Shown: in pieces, positions 26,313-39,212 of the stretch | Layout: every line of letters starts with the position of its first letter | How positions within the stretch are numbered: position 1 is the stretch's first letter | Origin: Protoeuglena noctilucae | Taxonomy: Eukaryota | NCBI GenBank assembly: GCA_958009085.1 | Contig: OY253669.1 | Span: 1,612,001-1,676,000, forward strand | Reading direction: 5' to 3' | Length of the DNA stretch: 64,000 nucleotides | Translations under genes and position numbers: made by a program | The notes under the pieces: model-generated | Told to the model about the DNA's origin: nothing | Databases searched by the model: none | The model's input: the letters and a program-made list of their open reading frames with translations, nothing else

Positions 26313-26460
26313 GGACGTGGGCAGGGGCGAGAGGGACGCGGACGAGGGCAGCGACGATGAGGATGACGACGACGAGGACGATGACCGAGGCAATGTGCGT
26401 GATGCGACGGCGTCTTTCAACGTGGTTGCGTCTCATGTTGAAGGCTGCGGCTCTGGATAG
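24667..26460 (+). CDS. TOC34: Chloroplast outer envelope translocon GTPase TOC34 with acidic C-terminal extension, 5 exons
   Basis: WTGLRDF, VLLLGKPGVGKTSTMNSI (G1), DTPG (G3), LYVDRLDAYR, LTHA, VALVEN, WLPDLV; hydrophobic anchor WLVPLLLVAQVALKMLV. Confidence 0.92.
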
Positions 26461-26562
26461 TCGGCGATGGTGCTGCGGGTGCCTAGGTGCCCAGCTTTGT
26501 TATATGAGCTGGCACGCAATGACACGCGCGGGTCATTGGGGGCTGGCGAACGGCAGGGAGGG

Positions 26563-26581
26563 GCTTGGCTTGGCTTGGCTT
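26563..26581. repeat. (GGCTT)n short tandem repeat between TOC34 and the bZIP gene
   Basis: ggcttggcttggcttggctt. Confidence 0.7.
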
Positions 26582-26750
26582 GTGAAGCTCGACTGCCCGG
26601 GGGCGTGGGAGAAGGGGGGTCGCATTCGCATTTGCTCGGGGGAAAAGCGACGGTGAAACGCAAAGTGTGGGTCGCCTGAGTTGCGCCTTGAGCACCCAGG
26701 CTTCCGCTGAACAGGTGCCCGGAGAGCCAAATCGGGTTTGGCCGTGTCCC

Positions 26751-28834
26751 TTAGACCTCGAAGTGAGGGAACATGACGTCCACGGGGAGGGGCCACCCCT
26801 GGGCGTCGTGGAAGAGCTTCTTGAGCGAAGCCGAGTCATTGACCCGCTTGTAGATGATGTTGGTCAGGGCCAGCAGGTCCGGGTACGTGGGGTAGGCTGC
26901 GTGGGCAGAGAAGCGGCACAGTGATCAAATCAAGATAGCGCTGCAGAATCAAACAGCTGGACCGCAGCGGCCCACGCCGACCATCCCACTTGCTCCCCTG
27001 GCCCATCGCACAACCGGCCCGTGAACACCGCGCACATGCCTCCCGAAACACACGCGTCGCGACCTTGAACCCAACCTCCCAGGGTCAGCCCCTCACCTTC
27101 CACGACCAGGCGCAGGTACTGCACCGCGGTGAAGACGGCCTTGCGGCAGTTGCCCATGAAGGCGAAATTGACCTGGGACTCGCGGGAGAAGTTCTCCTGG
27201 AGCTTCGTGATGAGCGCGTGGATGCGGAGGCTGTACATCTGCAGGTACACGGTGCCCTTGAAGCCCTCGGGCTGGGCGTTGAAGATTTGCGTCTGCGGAG
27301 AGCGCGGGGAGGGGCATGGTATCGTTCCTTAAGCTCTCTGTTACGTGCGACTCGCCCAGACAGCACGCTCACAAACCCCCGCTCCAGCCAAACGCACCCC
27401 CGCTCCCACGCGCACCGCCGCCCCTGCAAGCCCCATCGCTTGCACTGCGGCCCTCGCCTGGATCATCTGCCGCTCCTTGTGGATCTCGTTGAGCTTCTGC
27501 AAGTACAGGTCCCGGAACTTGACCGCGAGCACGAGCTGCTCGTCCGTGAGCCCGAGGCGGTCGATGCGGTCGGCCCAGAGCTCCTCCTGCCGAAGCGCGT
27601 CCATGAGCACCACCTCGGCGCCCGTCTCGAAGTTGGTCACCGAGAAGCGCTTGACGCTGACCTGGTCCTGGGTGGCCAGCTTGAGGGGGATGGACGAGAG
27701 GACCTCGCGCGTGTGCTCGGCCCTCGCAAGCGGCCCCGACGTCGGGGGGGTGTCCTCCACCACCCGCGCTTCGGGCGGGAGCGCCTCCACCTCCGCCAGC
27801 ACCTGCCGCGCCTCCTCCACGTACGTTTTCCAGGACTTGACGGCGCCCTGGGGGCACGGCGACCCAGCCTGGCCGTGGCAGATGCCCACGAGCCAACCAA
27901 GCAAGCACGTGGGGCGGGACCACGGCAAGCAAGTGGGCTCGAGCGCCGGCGCATTCGGCGGCCCACGCGCGTCGGCGCCCCCCGCGGGGTCGTCCGCGCC
28001 TCACCTCCACCTTGATGGGCTCGCCCGTGTGGAGCGGCACGGCCCCGATGTCCCCCGCGTTGCTCTGCAGGACCGTGATGTGCCGGTGGAGCTCTTTGGC
28101 CTTGGTGGCGTCCCCGTCCGCCCAGGCCTTGCACTCCGCCTCCAGCAGGTCGAGCATGCGCGTGGTGGTGGACTGCCGGACCTGCAGCCCCTGCAGCTGC
28201 ACCCGGAGCAGCTCGTTCTGCCGGCCCAAGTCGTCGACCTGCGTCTCGAGACCTGACACCTTCTGCTTCTGGCGCTCCCGGAAGCGCCGCTGCGCCCGGC
28301 GGTTCTTCTCCTGCATCCGCGCGATGCGCTCGGCCTGTGATGCCGACGTGTCGGCCGCGCCCTTGCGGCCCGAGGGGCGGGGCCGGTCCGAGTCGGAGCC
28401 CTCCGACTCGACTGGGGAGCGCTTCCGCGACCGCGAGGGGGCTGCCGGGGCGGCCGCGGGGGCCGAGACCGGGGGCAGGGAGGGCAGGGAGGGCAGGGCG
28501 GGCAGCGGGGGAAGCCCCAGGCCGGCGCCCGGCATCGGCCAGCCGGGCATCGGGCCGGGCATCGGGCCCGGAGCGGAAGGAGGGAGCCCGAACGACATCA
28601 TGATGCTCTGCGAGCGCGACGGGGGACGGGAGGCGGGTGCGTAATCCCACCGCAGAGCATGCGCGCGGATGAGCGCGGGGCCTGCAGGCCAAGGCGCACC
28701 TTTCGCAGCACTGGGTTCGCCAGGAGCGTGCTAGCGCTGTCCATGTCGCGAACGCTCAGGGGCGGCCGGGCCCCCAGCCCATAGAGGGCCCCCATCGGGT
28801 CGCCACTCGCCATCGCGCCGGCCATCCCGGGCAT
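26751..28834 (-). CDS. bZIP transcription factor, multi-exon
   Basis: Basic region MQEKNRRAQRRFRERQKQK with zipper VSGLETQVDDLGRQNELLRVQL. Pro-rich N-terminus; C-terminal QYLRLVVEAYPTYPDLLAL; stop TAA at 26751-26753. Confidence 0.88.
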
Positions 28835-29504
28835 CGTCGGGAAAGGGTTCTGCAATTGTAACCGAATTCGGCGAGTATGCGCCGCCGAGGCATCAAGGTT
28901 ACGGGACCAGAGGACCCTTACCGATGGCGTTGACGCAACCGCGGAGCTTATGAGGGCTCGGGGTGTGCCTCACCGGCGCGCCCGCTGGCTGGCCTCTTGG
29001 CGTGCCATATTGATGGTGAGATGGAAAATCCATCCTTGTCCTTGCCGCACGCCTCGCACGCGCCGTGGTTTTTTCCCCCCACGAGATACAGGGCTGTTCT
29101 CAAGCAAATGGCGCCCCAACTCCTTTCCTTTGTATCTCAACGAGCGACCTGCAACAAGGAATCGCTCCTAAACGCGGTGTGGCACGCGACATCCCTCTCC
29201 TCCTCCGACACAAGCCCAGCGGCCGCGAGCGGCGCCCTCCTCGCCTTAAATACCACGACCACTGCCCTGAGGCACTGCGGTCGTTGGGCGTGAGGGTCCG
29301 CGATCCTCGGGAGTCTGAACGGGTTGCAGGCCGCAGGGCTTCTGCGCGCCGGGCTTTGTCGCCACTGCTTTGACGTCTGATCGCCGGCTCTGGCCTCCAG
29401 GGACACGAGTCGCGCCCGGGGGCGTTTACCCCTGCCAGGTTTGCAGTGCGTCATTGGGTCATGGATGCCCAAGCCAACTTGCTCGTTCAATGGCCTAAGC
29501 CCCT

Positions 29505-32337
29505 TTATCCGTGCGGGGGCCGCCCGTGCGCGCCCTGGGGCGCCAGCGGCATGGGCAGGGACACGCCCCCGCCCTGCCCGGGGAGCTGCACCAGGTGCGG
29601 CGGGAGGGACAGGGGCGGCATGGTCACGGGAGGCACGTTCGGCAGCGTCGAGGACAGCCCGCGCGGCGGCAGCACCCCCTGGCTCCCCAGCGGCTGCGGG
29701 GCGCCCGGCAGTGCGGGGAGGATGAGCGGGGGCATCCCCGCGGAGCCCGGAGGGGGCAGCGAGGCGGCCAGCTGCCCCCCCGCCAGCGGCAGCGGGGCCC
29801 CGGGCAGCTGCAAGGCAGGGAAGGCGCCGCTCGCCGCCGGCGCCAACGCCGGGCGCCCCTCCGCCACCAGCGGTGCAGGCGGTGCGGCGGCCGCTGCAGC
29901 CACGCCGGCGTCCAGGGGTGCGGCGGGCAGCGCCTGCGGGAGCGGCGAGGGAAGGCCATCCGCGCCGGGAGCCCGCCTCAATGTGCCTCTTGACGTCGTG
30001 CTGTCCACCGCACCGGACCGCACCAGACCCACCTGCCCAGCCCCTGCGGCGCCGAACGCCAGCCCCGTCTTCTGAGCGCGAAGCAAGTCGAGGGGATCCT
30101 GCGGCAAGGACCTTGTTCCCGCCCCGACGTTGCTGGCGGCCATCTGCTTGACTTGGAGGTGCGACCCGTGCGGGGTGGCCTGCGACAGCTGGAACAGCTC
30201 CTCCCTGGAAGGCCGCTGCGGGCGACAAGGAGACAGATGCGAGGGTTGTCGGCTGGTGAGAAGTTGCCTCGGCGTGTCACACACAAACGACCGCAATGGT
30301 CGTGAGGCGTCCCCCCCGCCCTTCCCCATCGCTCCCACGCCGGGCCCCTCGCCTGCACGACTCTCTGCGACATGAGCTTCTTCCCGATCTCCAGCATCGA
30401 GCTCAGGTGCCGCTTCAGGGTCGAGTCGGGCACCGGGAGCGACCCCGCCAGAACATCGCGTGCCGTGTTCTTGTTCACGCCCCTCGAGGCCATGATGACC
30501 TCCAGAGACACGTGCTCCCCCTGATGCGCCTGGCTGACCTCGTTGGTCATCATGCTGCGGGGGAGGGGCGAGCGGAACGCAGCACTCACGCCCCCGATGC
30601 AACGGCAGCTCCCTGGCCTCCGCGTCGTGGCAGCGGGGGCGCCGTCGTCTCGCGCACCGGAACTTGCTCTTGCACCCGTCGGCCCGGCGGTGCAGCCCCT
30701 GCAGCGCGTTGCTGCTCGACTGCACGTCCGCCACCAGCGCCCAGTTTAACCCAAACTCGTTGATGATGCACAGGAAGAGCTTCTCCTCCTCCTTGCTCCA
30801 CGGCGGCGTGCGCAGCATCGCCTGCGTCCGCATCACCACGTCCTTCTGCCGCTGCAGCATCGCCCGGCTGCGAGGGTCCACCTGGGCCGCAGCTGCGCGC
30901 TGCGCCGGCCCCGGCTTGGGCTGCGGCCGCCGCGACCGCCCGGCGCCGTCCATCTCCACGTCCTCGTCCCGACGAGCGGGGCGCGCCGTCGACAGCGGGC
31001 GCTTGCTCGACGGGAGGCGGACCTTGGGCACCCCCTTCCGGAAGCGCGCCGAGTCCAACTCCAGCCCCCCATCCCCCAAATTGGCGCGGAGCAACTCCTC
31101 CTGCGCTTCCTGCGGCAGGTCGTCGCGGGCGGGAGCGCGGTGCCACGACCAGGCCGGCGCCGAACCCGCTCGCATGCCCATTACAACCAGGAGGGCCGTT
31201 AAGTTATCCTCCACAACAAAGAGCCTCACAACAAGCGCACACGTAGCCACACCGGAAGTCCCACGGCCCATCGCCCGCTCCAGCCACCCCCCGGCCAACC
31301 CGGCAGCCCCCACCTTGACCTTGTGATGCGCCACGATCCTCCTCGCTGCCTCCAGCTCGATCTCGTACTCCCGCAAGCGGTCCTCGAACTCCACCTGCCG
31401 CCGCTTCTCGGCCGCCTCCAGGTCCCGCAGCAGCAGGGTCACCACGTCCGCATCGCAGTCGTACACGAGAGGGAGGGCCTCGTCCACGTCCGGGGGAGTC
31501 AGCGGGCCGACGTCCGCGTCCCCGGCGGCCCGGTGCGCAGCGCCGCGACCACGCGTCGCGGGGTCCGCACGGCCACGCACCTTGCCCACCAGACCGCTCG
31601 CGTGCAGGCGGTGGTGGTAGGCGTGGTCCCCTGTCTCCTTCTCCTGGGTCATCACCGAGGGCAGGCGCGTTCAGCGCCACGCCGGCCAGCAGCAGCTGCC
31701 GCGGGGTGCGCTTGTAACGACAGGGCGGCACGCAGCAGGCTGTGATGGGGCACACAGCGCCTCGCCTTGACGGGGTGCAGGAACCCCTTCCCCCCCCGCA
31801 CGCGCTTGGCACACAGCCGCGCGAGCTGCGCTGCCAGCGCGTGCTTGAACCTCCGCTCTTGCATGAAGTCGGTGCACATCCACCGTGCCTCCTTGAGCAC
31901 GTAGTCCCAGGCGGGCTGGTTCATGGGGGGGTCCTTGTAGGGCTCCCGCATCGCTGCGTTCACATTCCCGTGCATGGCGCGGATCCGCTGCGCCTTCTGG
32001 ATGATCCGGTCCTCCTCCCTCCGCCGCTGCGTCGCCTCGGCCGCCTGCTGCTGCGCGAGGCTCGGGCCGGGCCCAGCGGGCCCGCCCCGCACGTCCCCTG
32101 CGGGCGGGGAGCGCGGCAGGCGTCCGCAGTCAGACTAAAGATCGGAGCAGACCCGCGCAGGACAAAGCATCCGGGAGCCGGGCGACCCGCGCGGGCCTGG
32201 CGGGGCGGAAAGCGCCGCAGCGTGCTCGGGCGGGCCTGGCCGCGCGGCAGGGCAGTCGCGCGCGCGGGCTCGGGCGCGCGGAGCCCCCTCGTCCCCGCAA
32301 AGGCCCGACGGTCCGGCGCGCGCGGCCCCGCACCCAT
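29505..32337 (-). CDS. EAF1: Chromatin modification protein EAF1-like (HSA and SANT/Myb domains; NuA4 scaffold)
   Basis: HSA: AWDYVLKEARWMCTDFMQERRFK. SANT: PPWSKEEEKLFLCIINEFGLNWALVADV...HRRADGCKSKFR. No SNF2 ATPase seen. A 4-nt first coding exon (ATGG|gtgcgg) is inferred. Confidence 0.82.
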
Positions 32338-32746
32338 CTGATTTCGAGTACGTGCTCTTGCCGCCCCGCGCCGAGCTCCCTCGACCCCGCGCCGGTGCCG
32401 GAGGCAGGGGCTTCGTGTGAGACGCCGCGGCGCGCAGCCCGACCGTGCGGAACCTCCCCTCCCGGGCCCCTTACGCCAGTGCCAGTCCCATGCCCGAGCG
32501 GTTCGGCGGAGCTTCGTCCGCGCCTCGCCCGTCGCCCCTACGGCACTCACCGACTTCTGCTGGCCACGAGGCGTGCATCGGGGACCAGGACACTCCCCTT
32601 GCGGTCCCCGAGCCAACCCTAACCCTCGCGTGGGACGACGCATTGCTCCTCTCGCCCCCGCGTCGGGATCTTTGACATAATTAGAAAGGGGACCTTGCCT
32701 TGCCGAGCCGCGATAGCCACCGGCCGCCCCAAAAAACCGCACCAGC

Positions 32747-34559
32747 ATGGAGGGCCAACACCGCGCGCGAGCAGGGGTCGCAGCGGGCACCCGGCAGCGC
32801 GATGGGGCTGTAATCAGCCACGGGACCGCGAAGCCGCGCAAGGCGCAGTACACGGGCGTCAGGCAGGTGCGAACCGGGGCACCGTCCTTTCGCCCCTCCG
32901 GGTACGCTGGGACGCGCACACTTGCCCGCTCCGAGCGTTCTCTGCGGATTCGGGCCGCATTCGCTGTTCAGAGTGTCGCGTGCCGCCCCCGGGGGCCGGG
33001 GCGATCTCCCCCGGCGACCCCCGGCGGGGGGAGCCAGGGCGGTAGCGAGCCTGGGCCCGGGCAGGCCCCCCCGTTTCCGCCCTCCTCTCCCCCCGAGAGT
33101 TTCAACGTTTCCCCGCGCAAACTTGACCGCACCTTTCCGTGATACAGTGCCCCCGGGCCCCGCATGCGAGGCAAGGACGGGGTGGTGGCTAGGGCCGATG
33201 CGGCCTCGCCGCCGGGATCGACCCCGCCCCCCCCGCCCGAGCGCGCTTTATGGATGCCGATGTCGCTATCGCGGACGCCGCTGCGCCGCGGGAGGGGCCG
33301 CGAGGGCCCCTCGCGGGAGTCCCGGGCCCCACCGAGCGCCCGCGGCCGTTTCGCGCGCGACGGATGGGTGCTTTTTGCGCGTTTTCTGCACATGTGATGC
33401 GCGCGGGCGCAGATTCGCATGTTTCCCGGGGCGCTTAGGCATGTCAGCCGGTAGCCCCGCGTGGGAGTGCCTCTCCCCCCCATTCCGGGACCTACGGCGC
33501 CTGCGCTTGCGGAAGTAGATCCCGTTGTCAGAGGTGCGAGCCCGGCACCCCCCCGGCCGCCTGGCTCGACGGTGGCCTTCCTTGTCGCCGCAGAGGCCGT
33601 GGGGCAAGTGGGCGGCGGAAATCCGCGACCCGTCCATCGGGGCCCGGCGCTGGCTGGGCACGTACGACACGGCGGAGGAGGCTGCGCGCGCGTACGACGC
33701 TGCGGCCCGCGCCATTCGGGGCCAGAGGTGAGGCCGCGGTGGTCTGCACCTGCGATCCGCCCGGCCCCTCCCGCCCGGCCCCTCCGGCGCCCCTTAAGCA
33801 CACGTCCCCGCGCCTGATCCCCGCAGCGCCCGCGTGAATTTCCCTGACGAGACGGAGGCGTCGCTCCCGGACCTCCCGTCCCGCTGGCGCGAGGCGTCCA
33901 CGCCCGTCTCGGTGGACGCAAAGGCGGACCCCGCGGGCACCGACGCGCGCACCATCTCCGGGGGCTCGCGGGGCGCCGAGGCCGGCACGAGCCCGAACGC
34001 GTCATCGGAGGCCATGGACATGCCCGTGCGCCCCGCGTTTGAGGTGGAGCTCGAGTTCGAGGGCGCCCGCCGGGGGGACACGGTCTACGGCGGGTCCCCA
34101 CTCGTCAACCTCCGCGGCATGCCGGGGACGCCCACGAGCGGCGCGGCGCTCCTGGCCGGCGTGGCCATCCCGGGGATGGCCGGGCATGTCTTCAGCCTGT
34201 CGACCAGTGCGGGCGCCACGCCCCCCGGGGGCGCCTGGGCCGCGGGCGTGCCCGGCCGCGCCCCAGCCGCGCCGCTCTTCTACGGCTCGACGCCCTTCGG
34301 CAAGTCCATCGACATGGTGGACATGTGCGCGGCCATCATCGACACGGGCGCGGCCGCCGACCCCGTCAGCCTGGTGCTGGGCGGCGGCGCCCCGGACGAC
34401 GGCATCATGTTCGTGGAGGACGAGGAGATGGACGCCGACGACGGCATCACCTTCCAGATTGAGGACATGCCAGCCGAGCCGCCGACGCCCCAGATGGCCG
34501 ACCACCGCCCCTGGGGGCGCACCACCATGATCAGCGTCGAGCAGCGGGCGCCGTGGTGA
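32747..34559 (+). CDS. AP2/ERF-domain transcription factor, 3 exons
   Basis: [58 protein letters not shown]. The domain is split by a ~727-bp intron (32867-33593) and a short second intron. Confidence 0.93.
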
Positions 34560-35101
34560 CCCGCGTGGTCCGCCACTTTTGCCGCGTCCGCCCCGGCTGT
34601 TTGCGCAGTGCCCCGCTCCCGCTTGCTTCCGTGTTTCCCGCCCGTCCTGCAGCGCCGCGCCCGCTGAGGTGCGCGGGACGAAACCCTTTCCCCCCTTGCT
34701 CCGTGACCCCCTGTAGCACGTGTCCCGTCAGCGAACCCGACGGGGTTGGCCAACCTGCGGGCAACCAGCCACGCCTTGCCGTGGCCATGTCTTGGGGGTG
34801 TGGAGCCGCCTACCCCTCACCGCCCTTGCCCAGCGCCCTTCACAGCGGCCGTCAGTACGAGGCGCCCGCGAGGTACCCGCAGCTGCTTTTTGGGACCCGC
34901 TGGCCCTTGCTCGCGTCGCCTGTAGACCGTCCCCCATGCCTGCCGTCAGAACCTTGCGATCTGCCTGCCCTGGAGCTTTTTTGGACCGCTGCCCGAAGCA
35001 GGCTCCTCGTTCAAAGAAACACTGCTCGAAACACCGCCGCGCGGGGAGCGGGGAGGGAGGCGAGGCCAACGGGAGGGGGGCGAGCGGGCTAGACCCGCCC
35101 C

Positions 35102-37407
35102 TCACAGCGACGCAGCCAGCTGGCGCATCGAGGCGCTCTCCTGCCCCTGCTTCTCGGCCCGCACGAGCTCGATGAACATGTCGAAGCACACGTCGGCGTC
35201 GTGGGGCCCCGGGGACGCCTCGGGGTGGTACTGGATGGACAGGCACTTGCGGGCGGCCGACATGAGGCCCGCGCACGTGCCGTCGTTCAGGTTGATGTGG
35301 GTCACGGAAACGTCCTTGGGGAGCAGCGCGGGGTCCACCGCGAAGTTGTGGTTCTGAGCGGAGATCTCGGTGCGGCCCGTTGGCTTGAAGCGGATGGGGT
35401 GGTTGCCGCCGTGGTGGCCGAACTTGAGCTTGAAGGTCTTGGAGCCCAGCGCCTGACCCATGACCTGGTGGCCCATGCAGATGCCGAAACTGCATCGCGA
35501 GGCAGGAGCAGCGCCGGTCACGCCGGCCGTCGGACCATACAGCGCCAGGGTGACGCCAGGGTGATACCAGCCAAGCTCTGGCCTCACCAGGGCTTCTTCC
35601 CGAGGATCTGCTTGCAGCTCTCGACGGCGTAGGGCACGATCGATGGGTCGCCGGGGCCGTTGCTGAAGAAGACCCCGTCGGGGTTCATGGCCAGGACCTT
35701 CTCGGCAGGGTAGCTGGCCGGCACGACGGTCACGCGGCAGTTGTACGAGGCGAGGCGGTGGAGGATGTTGCGCTTGATCCCGAAGTCGTAGGCCACGATG
35801 TGGAGCTGCGGCATGTCGGCGTTGGCGCGGGCGGCCGCGGCGAACTCCCACTCGTCCTGCGTGGGCTCCGTGAACTCGTAGGGCTCCTTCGTCGTCACTT
35901 GCGAGATGTAGTCTGCGGCGCGGGGGCGGGCGGCGCGAGGTCGCGGCCGGGAGCGCGCGCCGGGGCTGGCGCAGGGCCCTGCCGCGGATGGGTGACCGCC
36001 TCGGCCCCGCACCGGTGGCGGAGATGTCAAATGCCTTGGCCATGGCCGCAAGCTCCTCAACGGTCTTGGAGGCGTCCGTGGAGATGACGCCGTTGAGGCA
36101 GCCGTAGTCCCGGACGACCCGGGTGAGGGCGCGGGTGTCGACGTCGGCGATGCCCACGACGCCCTGCTCGGCGCAGAAGCTGGGGAGGTCCTTGGTGGAG
36201 CGGTAGTTGGACACGGAGATGGCCAGGTCGCGGACGATCATGCCCTTCATGTGGCACTTGTCCGACTCCATGTCGAGCGGGTTGGTGCCCACGTTGCCGA
36301 TGTGGGGGTGCGTGAAGCACACGAACTGCGGGAGGAGGCGGCGAGAGACGCGATCGGGGCGCGGCGGGGGCGGGGGGCGCGGGCGGCCGCGCGTGGGTGC
36401 GTGGCGGGGCGAGGCACCGGCGCCGTCGGTGGGCCTCCGACAAGACGCACCTGCCCGGCGTAGGAGGGGTCCGACATGATCTCCTGGTACCCCGTTAACG
36501 ACGTGTTGAACACCACCTCGCCCACGACCGTCCCCTTGGCCCCGAAGGACCGGCCCTCAAACACCGATCCATCTGAGAGAACCAGACGGCAGTCGCGCGG
36601 CGCCCAGGGCCGTTGGCTGGCCTCGGCACGCACCGACCGGGTCCGCGGACTTGAACGCCAGCCGCTCAACCCGCGCGCCGCCTGCAGGGGGGGCGGCAAG
36701 GCGGGGGAGAGGGCTCGTCTAGGGCGGCAGCGCGGTGCGGCCCCGCGCCGCCCGTTGCGCCCGCTATTCCCGCCTTCGCTGGCGGTCTACGATACCCGAC
36801 TGCAAAATCAAGCAGCCGGTGGGCCTAGATGCGCGGCGGGCCCGCCAGCCACGCCGACCGGCGCAAAGACCACCCCCTCTGACGGCCAGGGCGGGCGAGC
36901 GCGCCGGGCTCGTTGATTTCCGCCCGGCGGGGGCACCGTGGGCAAGCAAATGCAAAAAACCTCTCCGCGAAACCGCATGCGAGCGCAAACCCCGCGGCGG
37001 GCGCCTGGCGGAGGGGAACAAACCGTGCAGGGCGTGTCCCGCCGGCTGCGAGCGGCCATCCGCCCTCTCCTCGGTCCCTAGAGCTACATGGTATCGGAAT
37101 CAAATCGCGGGCGAGCTCATGGAGCGGGCGGCGGGGTGAAAAGGGCGCTCGGGCCGGCGAGGCCTTTCGGAGCGGAGGGACGCGCATCCGTCGCGCCGGG
37201 CGACGCGATATAGGCAGAAAGCGCGACAAGACACCCCATAGAGCTCACCTGCGCGTCGGAACCGGCGTGCGGCTGCCGCGGGAGGCGGGTCGCCTGGTGG
37301 ACCTGGGCAGAGCACGCGAGGGAGGACGGGCACGATCCCTGCCGCGCCGCGGCCCCGATGCGGGCATGAAGCGACGCGGCGCCGGACATGGTCACGGCAG
37401 CGGACAT
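35102..37407 (-). CDS. carA: Carbamoyl-phosphate synthase small chain (plastid), multi-exon
   Basis: [51 protein letters not shown] (catalytic Cys), [12 protein letters not shown]. The transit peptide is split by intron 1. Confidence 0.97.
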
Positions 37408-37767
37408 CGCCGCGGGGGGTGAGCGGGAGGCGGCGCGAACCGGGGCACCCGCCGTGGCCTAGATTAGTGCGCGCCTCGCAGAGGTTGCCAGGACCGTACG
37501 AGACAACAGGAAGAAGTCGCAACCCAAACTGCGGTCGATGCGGCCGGCGGCAAGGAGGAATGGCCACGCACGCCTGCTCTGGCACGAGGGTGCCAGAAAC
37601 TCGCACTTGCCGGCGCCTTTCGGGCGGAGAGCGGCCGTCTCGCGTGGATTGTGGTGGCCTCCCCCCAAAAGCAGTCACGTCTGTAGCAGGGCTGGCCTTC
37701 GACAAACGCGGGAGTCGCCAGGGGCGTGGCGCTCGGGGCCCCAGCGCATCGGCGCCCAGCCGCGGCA

Positions 37768-38985
37768 ATGCCGATGACCGTTTCCAGGAGCCACTTTTCC
37801 TGGCCACGGTCCGTAGTCCACACGGCATGCCGGTGCGACCTGGTCGCTCTTCGACGCGGCCGCCGCGTGCGGGCGCCACCTGCGCGCGCAGCGGGTGGGG
37901 GGGCGCGCGTGCCTGGCCCTGACGGGGCTTTCGACGAGAGTTCCCGCGGAGAAGCGAGGAGGAAGCTGTTCAACAACATCGCCCCGCAGTATGACGCTCT
38001 CAACGACTTGCTCTCGCTCGGGTGAGGCTCGCATGGCGGGGCGCGTCTCCAGGCCTCTCCTCTCCGCGCCCCGTGGGACCTAGCCCCCCTCGACCCCGCA
38101 GCCTGCACCGGGTGTGGAAGCGATGCGCCGTGATGTGGTGCGCCGCGCCTGAAGGAGGCCGCGTGTTGGACGTCTGCACGGGGACGGGAGACCTGGCCTT
38201 CCTGCTGGCGCAAAGGTGCGGGCGCCCCGCGCTGAGAACGGACGGCTCCACGAGGAAGTGGTGTGAGTCGCGGAAACCCTCGCGGCTCGCAGCGTCGGGA
38301 GGGACGGGGAGGTCGTGGCAGTGGACTTTGCGGCGGACATCCTGCGGGAGGCCCAGCGGCGCTACGACAGCCTTCCCCGGTCGGACAGGTACCGGACACG
38401 CATCACGTTCAAGGAGGGCGACGCACTTCGGCTGCCGTTCGAGGCGAGGAGAGGGTCGCGTCACATGGCGCTCTTGGGGTGGGCCTGGCGGCGTGATGCC
38501 AGAGATGCGGTGCGAGGAGCCGCACGTGCAACCCGCAGGGCAACTCCTTCGACGGAGCGACCATCGGGTACGGCCTGCGCAACGTGGGAGACCCGCTGGT
38601 GGCCCTCCAGGAGCTCTGGAGGGTCTTGAAGCCTGGGACGCGTGCGGTGGTCCTGGACTTCAATAACCCCAGGGACGCCCCCGTGGTCGACCAGTTCCAA
38701 TCGGTGATGCTGTCGCGCGTCGTGGTCCCGGTGGCCTCCATGATGGGCCTGGGGGAGGAGTACGAGTACCTGCGCCCCTCCATCGAGAGGTTCCCGACCG
38801 GCAGGTGCGAACGGCGGGGGCACCACGGAGGGCTTGCAGCTCGCAGGTCTGCTAGCGGTCAAGCCCACGCGGTCTCGCGCGTCCGCAGGGAGCAGGAGCG
38901 CCTGGCGAAGGAGGCGGGCTTCACCAGCGCACGCCACTACGAACTCGCGGGGGGGCTCATGGGGTGCTTGGTCGCAGAGAAGTAG
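37768..38985 (+). CDS. MENG: Demethylphylloquinone (2-phytyl-1,4-naphthoquinone) methyltransferase, UbiE/MenG family, plastid
   Basis: [70 protein letters not shown]...LDFN, EYEYLRPSIERF; N-terminal transit-like peptide. Confidence 0.92.
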
Positions 38986-39212
38986 CACTTGGTCCAGGCG
39001 TAGCGCTCAAGCCGACGCGTCGCACGACCTGCCTTCAAAGGCTTACCCTTCCGAACAAATCTGCTAGCGAGTGCCGAGCCTGTCGCGGCCCCTGACCCCC
39101 CGGCGGCGGCTCTAGCCCAGGAAACGGCGCTCCCAGCGCCTGTCTATGCACAGGGGCGGTGCAGCCCACGGCGCCCCAGGAGTGGCCCTGGCCAGGGAGC
39201 GCGGCACCGCGC

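Noticed and set aside
31644..31765. Apparent frameshift in EAF1 after the HSA domain
   Set aside because: Resolved by a phase-0 GC-AG intron (HPVK|EKETGD).
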